Part shown: positions 51,591-64,000 of the stretch, in pieces | Numbering within the stretch: the stretch's first letter is position 1 | Layout of the letters: each line of letters starts with the position of its first letter | Origin: Octopus bimaculoides | Taxonomy: Eukaryota | Length of the DNA stretch: 64,000 nucleotides | NCBI RefSeq assembly: GCF_001194135.2 | Contig: NC_069001.1 | Span: 32,818,361 to 32,882,360 of the forward strand | Direction: 5' to 3' | Notes under the pieces: model-generated | Told to the model about the DNA's origin: nothing | Databases searched by the model: none | Seen by the model: only the letters and a program-made list of their open reading frames with translations | Translations under genes and position numbers: made by a program

Positions 51591-53044
51591 TTTTTTTCCA
51601 AAGTCAGTTAAAGCAAAGAGAGTGTATTTCAATAGAAATGAAAAGGTTAATTAAAAGATTTTGCATTATGCCTCTATGTGAGAGATTATGAGTCTTGCCT
51701 CTGTTCGTTAGAAGTGTCTTGAGGCAATCGTTAAGTTTATCCCTTGCCTTCGCTGTGTTACTGAGTAAGTGTTGGAAGTTCGTGGAGCTGTTTACTTTGT
51801 TGACGAGTAAAGGATTTTGTCTCTGTTGCCCTAAGACGACTAGATTTGAAGCATGCGTAAGAAAAAGTTTGATGATGTGTGATAAAGTAAGATATGTAGA
51901 TGTAGACGAATGAATGTGTGTGAAGATTAGAGAGAAATTAGTTTTTGTTGGATGTGGTGTGATACTAACTTATGTGTGAAAAGTGGAACGCATCAAGAAG
52001 AAAAAAGTCAGTGGTTGTACATTATTAAACATGATAACCAGATATGTGTTTGTGTGTATGTATGTGTCTATATGCGTTTGTGTGTGTGTCGGTATGTGTT
52101 TGTGTATGTGTATATGTGTGTGTGTATGTGTGTGTATATATATGTGTATGTATGCATGTTTGTGTGTGTGTATATATATATATATGTAATGTATATGTGT
52201 GGGTATACATGTGTATATATGTGTGTATGTGTATGTATGTATATATCTGTGTGTGTGTGTAGATTTTTATGGCAGGAAATATGATTGCACTGTATTAATG
52301 GCTGTGTGATGGGGATGGTTAATGAGTGCTGNNNNNNNNNNNNNNNNNNNNNNNNNNNNNNNNNNNNNNNNNNNNNNNNNNNNNNNNNNNNNNNNNNNNN
52401 NNNNNNNNNNNNNNNNNNNNNNNNNNNNNNNNNNNNNNNNNNNNNNNNNNNNNNNNNNNNNNNNNNNNNNNNNNNNNNNNNNNNNNNNNNNNNNNNNNNN
52501 NNNNNNNNNNNNNNNNNNNNNNNNNNNNNNNNNNNNNNNNNNNNNNNNNNNNNNNNNNNNNNNNNNNNNNNNNNNNNNNNNNNNNNNNNNNNNNNNNNNN
52601 NNNNNNNNNNNNNNNNNNNNNNNNNNNNNNNNNNNNNNNNNNNNNNNNNNNNNNNNNNNNNNNNNNNNNNNNNNNNNNNNNNNNNNNNNNNNNNNNNNNN
52701 NNNNNNNNNNNNNNNNNNNNNNNNNNNNNNNNNNNNNNNNNNNNNNNNNNNNNNNNNNNNNNNNNNNNNNNNNNNNNNNNNNNNNNNNNNNNNNNNNNNN
52801 NNNNNNNNNNNNNCAAGAAATTAGCAATTTTTTCTTTTACTTTCTATTCTTTTACTTTCGGGTTAAAGAGACTTTCTAGGGGCAGGCATGGTTATGTGGC
52901 AAGATATTTGCTTCCCAATCAAATGGTTTTGGGTTCAGTCCCACTGCATAGAACCTTGGGCATTTGTTTTCTACTATAGTCCCACATCAATGAAAGCCTT
53001 GTGAGTGGATTCAGTAGGTGGAAATTGAATGAAGCCCATCATAT

Positions 53045-53078
<34 letters not shown>

Positions 53079-55364
53079 ATGGACCAAGATACTTGGTGCG
53101 TTACTGTACTTGGCAAAGGACCAAGATACCTGGCACCTTACTGTGCTTGACAAAGGACTGAAGTACCTGGTGCCTTTCTGTACTCAAGAATACCTGTACT
53201 CTACAGCAGAAGTGTTAAGGCCACTCCCTCTGGTGAAGAGAATTGGCCTACAAGAGTCCTTTGCCGGTGCCATGTAAAAGCACTCATGTGTCAACCCCTG
53301 GACATTACTGGCTTCACTCTTAGGACTAACAGGGCCAGTTACTCAGTTTGTTTAAGTGACCAAGATCACAACATTCCTCCTGGTTGGGATGCCAGTCCTT
53401 TGCAGAGTCACTCTTTTCCAGCTGAGTGGACAGAAGAGTTTGGAAATGAAGTGTTAAGTGTGCCAAAACTGCAAACACTTACAGACCAAATGGCCTATAT
53501 ATTATAGATACTAGAACTGCCAAGAGAATATTTATAGAGTGTATCTATCATACCAACGCATTCTGTTATGTTGTTTTTATTGATTTCATAATTCTTGGAT
53601 TATTTATTAACACAGTGTATAAAGCTATTTAAATTTATGGGGAGACATTGGCAGTGTTGATAGAGAACTTGACAAAATAACTTGTGCTCTTTGCTCACAC
53701 CCCTTTATGTTAAGAGTTCAAATCTCACTGCGGTCAACTTCACCTTTTATCCTTTTAGGAACTCCTAAAATACAGACGGTTTGATTTTAATCAACTCTTT
53801 TATCCCCACCAAAATTTGTGGCTCTATACCAGCGTTTCTCAGCCGTTTCTTTTTTTTTTTTTTTTTCCTATGGACCCCTTTGAAAGTTCTTNNNNNNNNN
53901 NNNNNNNNNNNNNNNNNNNNNNNNNNNNNNNNNNNNNNNNNNNNNNNNNNNNNNNNNNNNNNNNNNNNNNNNNNNNNNNNNNNNNNNNNNNNNNNNNNNN
54001 NNNNNNNNNNNNNNNNNNNNNNNNNNNNNNNNNNNNNNNNNNNNNNNNNNNNNNNNNNNNNNNNNNNNNNNNNNNNNNNNNNNNNNNNNNNNNNNNNNNN
54101 NNNNNNNNNNNNNNNNNNNNNNNNNNNNNNNNNNNNNNNNNNNNNNNNNNNNNNNNNNNNNNNNNNNNNNNNNNNNNNNNNNNNNNNNNNNNNNNNNNNN
54201 NNNNNNNNNNNNNNNNNNNNNNNNNNNNNNNNNNNNNNNNNNNNNNNNNNNNNNNNNNNNNNNNNNNNNNNNNNNNNNNNNNNNNNNNNNNNNNNNNNNN
54301 NNNNNNNNNNNNNNNNNNNNNNNNNNNNNNNNNNNNNNNNNNNNNNNNNNNNNNNNNNNNNNNNNNNNNNNNNNNNNNNNNNNNNNNNNNNNNNNNNNNN
54401 NNNNNNNNNNNNNNNNNNNNNNNNNNNNNNNNNNNNNNNNNNNNNNNNNNNNNNNNNNNNNNNNNNNNNNNNNNNNNNNNNNNNNNNNNNNNNNNNNNNN
54501 NNNNNNNNNNNNNNNNNNNNNNNNNNNNNNNNNNNNNNNNNNNNNNNNNNNNNNNNNNNNNNNNNNNNNNNNNNNNNNNNNNNNNNNNNNNNNNNNNNNN
54601 NNNNNNNNNNNNNNNNNNNNNNNNNNNNNNNNNNNNNNNNNNNNNNNNNNNNNNNNNNNNNNNNNNNNNNNNNNNNNNNNNNNNNNNNNNNNNNNNNNNN
54701 NNNNNNNNNNNNNNNNNNNNNNNNNNNNNNNNNNNNNNNNNNNNNNNNNNNNNNNNNNNNNNNNNNNNNNNNNNNNNNNNNTATATATACTTATATATAT
54801 ATATATATATTTATACTTACATATGCATGTAGTTACATGCACATGTGTATGTATATTTGCATGCACATGTAATGTATAAATACATTTCATATATACATAC
54901 GTATTGTTACTTGTATATACTTGTGTGTGTATGTGTGTGTGCATGAATATGTACTTACATATTTATGTATATATTTACATATCAGCATACACCAATATAT
55001 CTAAATATATATTTACATGTAAACCTGTATGTATGCATGTTTTCACACATGTCTGCATACATATATACATACGTACACACTATTATTGTTTGTATATATA
55101 TATACATATAACTGTGTATAGATTTACATCCATGTCTGTAGTTAGATGTACACATACATACATAGGTACAGCTTTGTTGATGTTGCTGCAGTGAAATGAG
55201 GATTTAACCTAGATGTCTGTGTGTGTGTGATTGGTTTTATCACAAGACAGTCCAGGCTAGGAGTCTTGTCAGTGGGGGGCGTCTGTTGCTTTTCATCTTT
55301 CCAAAGGATCAATTGAATAAATAATAAAACCAGTGGTAAGTTATTTAATTATTGTCCCTTTTCT

Positions 55365-55405
<41 letters not shown>

Positions 55406-55768
55406 TCACATACAAATGCATGCACACACGTATGCACACACACACCCACCCACACCACACTTTCTCTTTCTCTCTCATACACACAACCACACATACTCTC
55501 TCTCATGCAGTTATACTTACACTTGCGCACACGCATACACACAATAACCTTGAAACTATTGAAAAATCCCACCCCCAGTCTCTCACCCTCTTTCTGATAT
55601 TGTGTTTTCAGTCTCTATACAAATGTTTTTAGAGATATTCAGATATTCATTATTAGCTCATATATATATATATATATATATCACTAACAATGAAATATTA
55701 TATTATATTTTATATATATATATATAAATATATATTTTATTCCGTTAATGATATATATATATATATGG

Positions 55769-55799
<31 letters not shown>

Positions 55800-55945
55800 T
55801 ACACAAGGTAGTACATGAGACTTAGATTGCCCTGTGTATATGTGAGAAAAGAACACACAATGCTGCACACCCCCCAGCAACATGGGGGTGTAACAGGTGA
55901 TGCAGTAGAAATTTACCTGAAACTACCAAATGTTTAATAATACTT

Positions 55946-56310
55946 GTTGGCACTCTGTCGCTTACGACGTCAAGGGTTCTAGTTAATCCGATCAACGGAA
56001 CAGCCTGCTCGTGAAATTAACGTGCCAGTGGCTGAGCACTCCACAGACACGTGTACCCTTAACGTAGTTCTCGGGGATATTCAGTGTGACAAGGCTGACC
56101 CTTTGAATTACAGGCACAACAGAAACAGGAAGTAAGAGTGAAAGAAAGTTGTGGTGAAAGAGTACAGCAGGGTTCACCACCATCCCCTGCCGGAGCCTCG
56201 TGGAGCTTTAGGTGTTTTCGGTCAATAAACACTCACAACGCCCGGTCTGGGAATTGAAACCACGATCCTATGACCGCAAGTCCGCTGCCCTAACCACTGG
56301 GCCATTGCGC
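55946..56310 (-). mobile_element. tRNA-derived SINE with the family C tail but a different head and body; CpG intact
   Basis: Reverse head gcgcaatggcccagtggttagggcagcggacttgcggtcataggatcgtggtttcaattccc; tail matches 585-868. Confidence 0.88.
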
Positions 56311-56349
56311 ATCCACTGTTTAATAATAATAATGATAATAATAATGATG

Positions 56350-56388
<39 letters not shown>

Positions 56389-57416
56389 TTCTCTACTCTA
56401 GGCACAAAGTTTGAAATTTTTTTAGAGGAGGGAGCTAGTTGATTACGTCAGCCCCTGTGCTCAACTGGTATGAAAGAGAAAGTCAACTTTGGCAACATTT
56501 GAACTTGGATGGTAAAGCTGTAGGAAATGCCATTGGGCATTTTGTCTGGGGGTTGTAATAAATTTATTTGACCTGTGTTAACAATGACCTTAATTATATC
56601 TGCATTGTTTCTTTTTTTTTTCTATTTCCTGTATGTGTTTATTAATTTGATGGGTTTTTTTTATCCTAAGATCAAAGTGAATTTAAGCTCCTATATCCCA
56701 TAAATAACAGCAAATCAAACAAACCACATTATATAAACATCATAACAAAGCGCTCTTCTTCTTCTTCTTCTTCTTCTTCTTCTAGTTTCTCTTTTTGTTT
56801 TACTTCTGTTGTTGGTTCAGTTCAAAAATGTTTCCTCAACTCTTTATCTCCCCCCCCCCCGTTGCCTTATCAAAATATCATCAAGGTGAAGGATGAAATA
56901 AACCAACAATTTCCTCTTATCTCTATCTCTTTCTCTCTCTATCTCTCTTTCTATCTCTATCTTTCCTCGTCTTTCCCATCTTCTCTCTCTTTTTCATTCT
57001 CCCCTCCTTTTCTTTATCTGTCTCTCTCTCTTTTTTCTCCCTCTCTCCCCTCTTTTAAGACACCACACCCTATCTTTTATATTCATCATACCCCCCACCC
57101 CAGCCACCTATGTAGTTGTATTTAGTTTCTTGTAAAAAGCCACATGTGACACTGAAAGGAGCAGATCCAATAATCTCCTTCCCATCCATGGGCCACCAAA
57201 CTTTAGCGACATGATCATAGTGCTAATAGGGATTTCTTATAGAGGCACAAGGCCACACATTTGTCGTGGAGGGACACAGATGACTGGTATCAACATCAGT
57301 ACCCATTTTACTGTTCCTGATGGCAGGTGAAGTCAGTTTCAATGAAATTTGAACTTAGGATAGAAGGGGATGTAATGAAATACAAGAAAATATTTTTGTC
57401 TTGTGGGGCTACAATT

Positions 57417-57447
<31 letters not shown>

Positions 57448-57512
57448 GTCACCTAGGATAAACATCTATCCTCTCTATAGCATTTTGTTCAGCTTGCTGC
57501 ATAATAATAATT

Positions 57513-57515
<3 letters not shown>

Positions 57516-57560
<45 letters not shown>

Positions 57561-58200
57561 GTTTAACGTCTGCTTTCCATGCTAGCATGGGTTGGACGAT
57601 TTGACTGAGGACCGGTGAAACCAGATGGCTACACCAGGCTCCAATCTGATTTGGCAGAGTTTCTACAGCTGGATGCCCTTCTTAACGCCAACCACTCCGA
57701 GAGTGTAGTGGGTGCTTTTACGTGTTACCCGCACGAAGGCCAGTCAGGTGGTACTGGCAATGGTCACGCTCAAAATGGTGTATTTTATGTGCCACCTGCA
57801 CAAGAGCCAGTCCAGGGGCACTGGCAACGATCTCGCTCAAAAATTTTCTTTCTACTATAGGCACAAGGCCTGAAATTTTGGGTGAGGGTTCTGGTCGATT
57901 ACTTTAACCCCATGTGCAACTGGTATTCTATTTTATTTACGCTGAAAAGGATGAAAGGCAAAGTTCACCTTGGCAGAATTTGAAGTTAGAACATAAAGAC
58001 GACAGTGAGATTTGAAACCAACCACTGTTCTGACAGTGATGTCTAAACATAGGCACAAGGCCATGTCATATTTCAAATGAGAGGCATATTCTGTCATATC
58101 AAACCCAGTAAGTAACTGGTACTTATTGATCCTGGAAAAAATGAAAGGCAGTTGACTTAGACAGGATTTGAACTCACAGCATATAGACATACAATGAAAT
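57516..58200 (-). mobile_element. Family D tail (57516-57838) followed by SINE A pieces
   Basis: (CAT)n-gtttaacgtctgctttccatgctagc...; then ctactataggcacaaggcctgaaatt. Confidence 0.8.
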
Positions 58201-58389
58201 ATCTGAAGGCATGAGGCCAAAAGTTTTGTATGAGGCTGTTAGGTGTGGAACTGATTTTACGGGACTTGATCTACAAAGTTCAGCCTGGTAGATCAACTTT
58301 GCCTTTCAATAGTAATAATAATTTTTTTATTGAAAGGTAGAAATCAATGATTTATTGGAGCCAATCAGAGGGTCTTTACATACCCATTC

Positions 58390-58820
58390 AATCTGCTAGA
58401 AATAGCAGTCAACTCTCTAGCAAATCACACCCTATTTCTACAAAAAAACCTGAAGGACACATTTAAAAATATAATCAAAGATGGGATGAGAGAGCTAGTA
58501 ATAGCAGCCAAATCTCATATCACACCCTACTCCTGTCAGAAAAAAAAAAAACATCTGAAGGGCACATTTGAGAAAATGGTCTTAGATACACTAAGATGAG
58601 ATGAGTGAGAGAGCACCTACATAGCCACTCAGCCTGCTAGAAATAGTAGCCAATTCTCAAATCACATTCTATTATTGTAAAAATAATCTGAAGGGCACAT
58701 TTGAAAATATAGCCCTAGATACACTAAGATGGGATGTCACATCCGGAATTGTATTTTTCTTTTTTTGTATTTCTGTCATAGGTCTGGTCTATCATAGCTT
58801 ACCCGGGGTTAAATAACCAT
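58390..58820 (+). repeat. Three tandem 5' segments of dispersed repeat G
   Basis: gctagaaatagcagcc...cacaccct...ctgaagggcacattt...gatgggatg recurs three times. Confidence 0.75.
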
Positions 58821-59403
58821 GGATCACTTCTTACCACTGGACAGGTTGCTTTAGCCATTCTGTCCACTTGGATATACATGTAGTAGTGATGGTGGTGGTA
58901 GTATTGTTGTGGTAGTAGTCGTGGTGGTAGTAGTAATATTTGCTGCAGTAAGCTAAAGGAGGCATTAAGTGGTAGGGCTGGGGGGGGGGAGCTGGTGGTG
59001 ATAGAGGAGATGGTGGTGGTGGTGGTGGTGGTGGTGNNNNNNNNNNNNNNNNNNNNNNNNNNNNNNNNNNNNNNNNNNNNNNNNNNNNNNNNNNNNNNNN
59101 NNNNNNNNNNNNNNNNNNNNNNNNNNNNNNNNNNNNNNNNNNNNNNNNNNNNNNNNNNNNNNNNNNNNNNNNNNNNNNNTATGTATGTATGTATGTATGT
59201 ATGTATGTATGTATGTATGTATGTGTGTATTTATTTATGTATGTATGTATGTATGTATATGAATTTCTGAATAGCTGAATTTTGTTGTTGCTATTGTTGT
59301 TGATGTGAAAAAAAAAAAATAAAATTTGCAGATTTTAATATTATTTTTATGTTTCATGAAAGATCATTACTCTCTAAACTATTAAAAAAAAAAGAAAAAA
59401 AAA

Positions 59404-59625
59404 GAAACCCAAAGTACTTTGGTCACAAAATAAAAGCATAAGATTATAAACAAAGACTTTTATTCGAAGGAAAGATAAATGGTAGAAAACATCCAGAGAA
59501 AGATCTAGAACAAACTGGTTTGATAGCATCAAAGACTGAACGAAACTGTCATATGGTGAATGTGTAAGAATGGAGATCCTTGGTATTGAACCTGCCAAGG
59601 GCAGATGACACCTAATGATGAGGAT
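59404..59625 (+). pseudogene. RTE (BovB-like) ORF2 extreme C-terminus
   Basis: KYFGHKIK..RLLFEGKINGRK / RTNWFDSIKD*TKLSYGECVRM. Confidence 0.8.
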
Positions 59626-60968
59626 GAAAGAGAGTTATGAATTAAGTTTTAAACCCAGCTAATTGTATTTTGTTAAATTCTTAGATTAACATGGCCTTTG
59701 GCTTTTCCTACTCAAAAGGGATTCTGTGTATGAAGTTTCAGTACCAAAGCTTTGTTCTACCTGATCCTAATGGTAGAAGATACTCGCCCAACTGCTCAAT
59801 ACCATGTTGTTGTGAAGTCAGCTTTTTAACCGAACAACCTTTCCTGAACCCATGATGAATGGTAGAAGTTTTTCTGTGAAGTACAATGCATTACGTTTCT
59901 TTACACATTTAACCCTTTTTATACCAGTTTGCCCAAATCTGCACTGGTTTTATAATGAAATAGGCCAGATTCACATGACTTGGGGGTGGTTTTGGCACTG
60001 GAGTTAGAAGGGATTTATTTCTCCACTTGCGATATAAACAAGCATGCATTCTGCACCAAAAACCTACACTCGCATGTTATCTACTGCAGTAAAGTTTGTT
60101 CTAACACAACATCCACATTTAAGTGCGGTTAAATATTATCTCTCGGTTTTAATACAGCTTCTGTTGTTAATATATACTTCTGTTTAAGGTGAACTAAATT
60201 AAATCCGTCCGTCAAAATTCCATGTTAATTGACATTCCAAATACCAGCTTAGTAACGACAAATTTATTTTACTAAATACATCATTATTTTCAAAATTTAT
60301 TGAAACAAACGTATTTTTATCACAAGAGAAGTTTGGTTACAAAGGAGTTAAATTAGCTTACTTCAGAAATTATCAAATGAAGCAAAATTTAGTTTGAAAA
60401 CAGCAAAGTTTGAAGGTCTGAACGCACCTCACCCAATCCACACTTCATTCTCTCTCTCTCTCTCTCTCTCTTTCTCTTTCTCATCTCTCAATTTCTCTCC
60501 TCCCTCTCTCCGCGTCTCTCTCTCTCTCTCTTCTCTTTATTGTTTGTAGCTAATGCAAAAGAATGTGTTCTGAACATAACCTGGTAACTCGTACCCCACC
60601 ACCCTTGCCCCTTTGTCTCTCTTCAAACATCTTGGTAAGGATTTGCATTCTAGTTTCTCTCTTGTTGCTGTTNNNNNNNNNNNNNNNNNNNNNNNNNNNN
60701 NNNNNNNNNNNNNNNNNNNNNNNNNNNNNNNNNNNNNNNNNNNNNNNNNNNNNNNNNNNNNNNNNNNNNNNNNNNNNNNNNNNNNNNNNNGGTACTTAGA
60801 TTTTGCAAGTTTTCATACGCACCTATCACACCAGGTATAAGAAAAAAACTGTACAATGCACAAATACTCTTACACATTCACCTGAATTATACTAAACATC
60901 AATATATATATATATATATTTATATATCTTTATCTATCTATCTACCTACCTACCTGCCCACCTACCTC

Positions 60969-60999
<31 letters not shown>

Positions 61000-61610
61000 G
61001 TCTACATACATATATACATACATGCATACATACACAATGGGCTTCTCCTAGTCCCCGTCTACCAAATCTAGTTACAAAGTTTTGGTCTGGCCAAGGTTGT
61101 AGAAGAATACACTAGCACAAGGTGGCATGCATTGGGACTGAACCTGGAACCATGTGATTAGGAATCAAACTTCTTATCACACAGCCATGCTTGCATGTAA
61201 TCTTGAAGAAGAAAAAAAAAAGAAAAAAGATTGGATAGTCATGGTTGGAATGCCTTTGATCTTAGATCTGCTCGGTCAGGCTGACCTGGAGCTAAACGAA
61301 ACAACAACTTCCTGATTGTAAAACATTTTTAATATGCAATTATTGTTAAAAGAATGTTATCTCCGATTTAGGAAAAGAAAATTGTTATTTGGCCTCTGAT
61401 GCAATGATTAGTTATTTGCTGCTTTATAATTAGTGATGATATAGATTAAATGAGTGATCTCACTAATTACATCAATGTTTTAAAAAACATCTTTTCTTTT
61501 CAAATATTTAAAAAATGTTTGTTATGGTGCAGGCGTGGCTGTGTGGTAAGAAGCTTGCTATCCAACCACATAGTTTCATGTTCAATCCCACTGTGTGGCA
61601 CCTTGGGCAA

Positions 61611-61648
<38 letters not shown>

Positions 61649-61738
61649 GAGAGATGTTTGCAATTGGACAGGAAAAAATTAAAAATTTTTTGAATTTTCA
61701 GAAGTCTTGGAATTATGGTCTTCACCTTTCAGTTAGTT

Positions 61739-61787
<49 letters not shown>

Positions 61788-62917
61788 TTTTCCCTTTCAC
61801 AACTAGGATAACCATGTATCCCCTCTACAACAAGATACTTGCTTCTGTTCATCTATCAGGGTTTAACCACTCCTCAGGTGGTACAAAGCTACCTCCTTCA
61901 ATTCCACTCCCCCCCTTTCAGTTAAGGTATTTCTCTCTTGCACGTTATGTGGTGGCTGTGCTGGTGCTGGTGCCACATAAAAAGTATTCAGTCCACTCTG
62001 TAAAGTGGCTGGCGTTAGGAAGGGTACCCAGCTGTAAAAACCATGCCAAAGCAGGCAGTGGAGCTTGGCACATTCCCCAGGCTTACCAGCTTCTGTCAAA
62101 CTGTCCAACCCATGCCAGCATGGAAGACAAACGTTAAGTGATGAGATGATGATGATGATGATTACACACACACACACACACACACATGTGTGTGCAGGAT
62201 ATGTTTGGTTAGGCTCTGCAAAATTTGACATTTATATGAATGATATTACTATTTGCTCTTATCTGTCGGGCTTCTCAGCCATGCAGTGCAAGTATATCAG
62301 GGTAGATCTTCGTTGACTGACATTTAACTTTTTCCCGATCATATTTCTAATGAAAGACGCTGCTTATGTGCTTCAGTTAATTTTGAAAAGAAAAAAATTT
62401 AGAGAAATGGATTTACTTCATCATCATTGACTCTTGATACTAACCTGCCTAATATCAAATCCATGTTTATGATATAAACTTCCTGTTTTAAAAGTGATTT
62501 AAATGAAAACCATCCATCAAAGTTTCATGTTAATTTATGTTCCAAACACCAGTTTAATGATGACAGTTATTTTTCTAAGTTCTTTTTGTTATTTTCAAAA
62601 TTTATTGAAACAAAAGGCAGTGTATTCCAAGAGAAATACATTAACGAAAATGTTCAGCTTGTGTTTAGAACACAAATCAACAAGTTCTTGCATAAAATTA
62701 TGAAGGAAAGTTTTAGTTTGATACTTTTGCTACCATATTTCTGTTGAAGTACAGAGTGGTTGTTTCAATTAATTTTGAATATAATGTTGATTTTAGTAAA
62801 ATAATTTCAGAATTGTATTTGTCTTGCAAGTGACTTGATCTGAGACAATGTGTTGAAACTGAAGCAGCTCCATCATAGAAAAGCCATTTAATAACACACA
62901 AAACTTTTAAATTCACT

Positions 62918-63164
62918 TTAATTCTTCAGCATTCAGATTTCTATATCAAATGTAATGCCTGTTTATTCACATTGTTTTGAATTAACCTTGCAGTATCTTG
63001 TAACTTTGAGGTTTCAATGATGTGACTGTATATTTTTAGAATGATACTGTATGTTAGGTGTGAGAGGCCAGATCTAGCTGGTTTGAACTTAAAAAAGGTA
63101 GAATTTAAACAGGCTATATCCAGTCCAAGGCTGGATATGGCCTGTTTAAATGACAAAGGGTTAA
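62918..63164. mobile_element. piggyBac-type MITE P2, full length, with an internal 21-bp hairpin
   Basis: TTAA at 62918-62921 and 63161-63164; right end aaagggTTAA. Confidence 0.8.
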
Positions 63165-64000
63165 ATCTGTTTCATGAAGTATTGAAATTCTCATTGTTCA
63201 ACAGCAGCTTGAGTCTCTAACACAATGCTACGACAACTCCGTTGTCAATAAGCAGGTCACAGTTGTGCTGTGAAGATTTTAACCCCTCATGAAACAAATT
63301 TAAAGTGAATTTTGTGATTTTGAGTGTTTATTAAATGGCTCTTCCACAATGTAGTTGCTTAGTAAAATCATTTTGTTGAGCTGACAGAATTGTTAGCAAA
63401 TCACACGAAATGCTGCTAAGCAGTGTTTGTTTCAGGTGTTTATATTCTGAGTTCATATTTTTCCCAGGTTAACTTTGTCTTTCATTCTTTTGGAGCCACT
63501 AAAATGTAATACCAATCAAGAACCAGGGTCAGTGTAATTGACTAAATCTCTGTACCTCAAATTGCTGACCTTGTGCCGAAAGTTGAAACAGTTATTAAGA
63601 TAGTGTGGAACATAAACTTAAAAGGGATTTCGATGGACAGTTATAATTTAGATCATTTTAAAACAGGAAGTTTGTTAAAATCCCTAACATATTATTATTT
63701 TCAAAATTAATAGAACTAGGGTGGGGCTATCAGACTCAATAGTGTACTATTGAGCCTGATACCTCTGTCTTTGTTCTCTTATAGTATAAACACCTTTAAC
63801 CCTTTCGTTACCAACCCAGCTCAAAACGCCTCTGTCTGTGTAGTACAAATGTTTTGTTTTCATACATTTTGAATTAAAATCTTTCACCAAACCTTAGTCG
63901 CAATTTATGTTCCTAACACTAGCTTAATGATAACTACATTATTTTACTAAATTCTTTGTTATGTTTAAAATTAACTGAAAGAAACACAGAGCGTCTCAAA

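Overview
AT-rich, microsatellite-dense eukaryotic DNA with many scaffold gaps (N runs). The SINE repertoire and (CA)n/(TA)n/(CAT)n load point to a coleoid cephalopod, probably Octopus (inference). I recognise no protein-coding gene. Nearly all ORFs in the supplied track are translations of microsatellites or gaps. The window is a mosaic of mobile elements: several tRNA-headed SINE families (my labels A, B, C), RTE-type 3' tails (D), decayed RTE LINE fragments, an R4/Dong-like endonuclease fragment inside a (TAA)n tract, a mariner 3' end, and TTAA-flanked piggyBac-type, hAT-type and Tigger-type MITEs. CpG decay in most SINE copies and several ATG-bearing candidate exons suggest much of the window lies inside a large + strand gene, but this is unproven. 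The most interesting signals are a near-complete minimal hammerhead ribozyme motif (21386-21425), a tRNA-headed SINE with an inverted Penelope/hammerhead-like module (12476-12716), a nested palindrome inserted in (TA)n (51241-51398), a 62-bp inverted repeat whose only mismatches are A:C (3550-4170), and telomeric repeats replacing part of a dispersed repeat (10089-10121). Most SINE, LINE and repeat boundaries are approximate; motif, TSD, TIR and splice-site coordinates were counted by hand.
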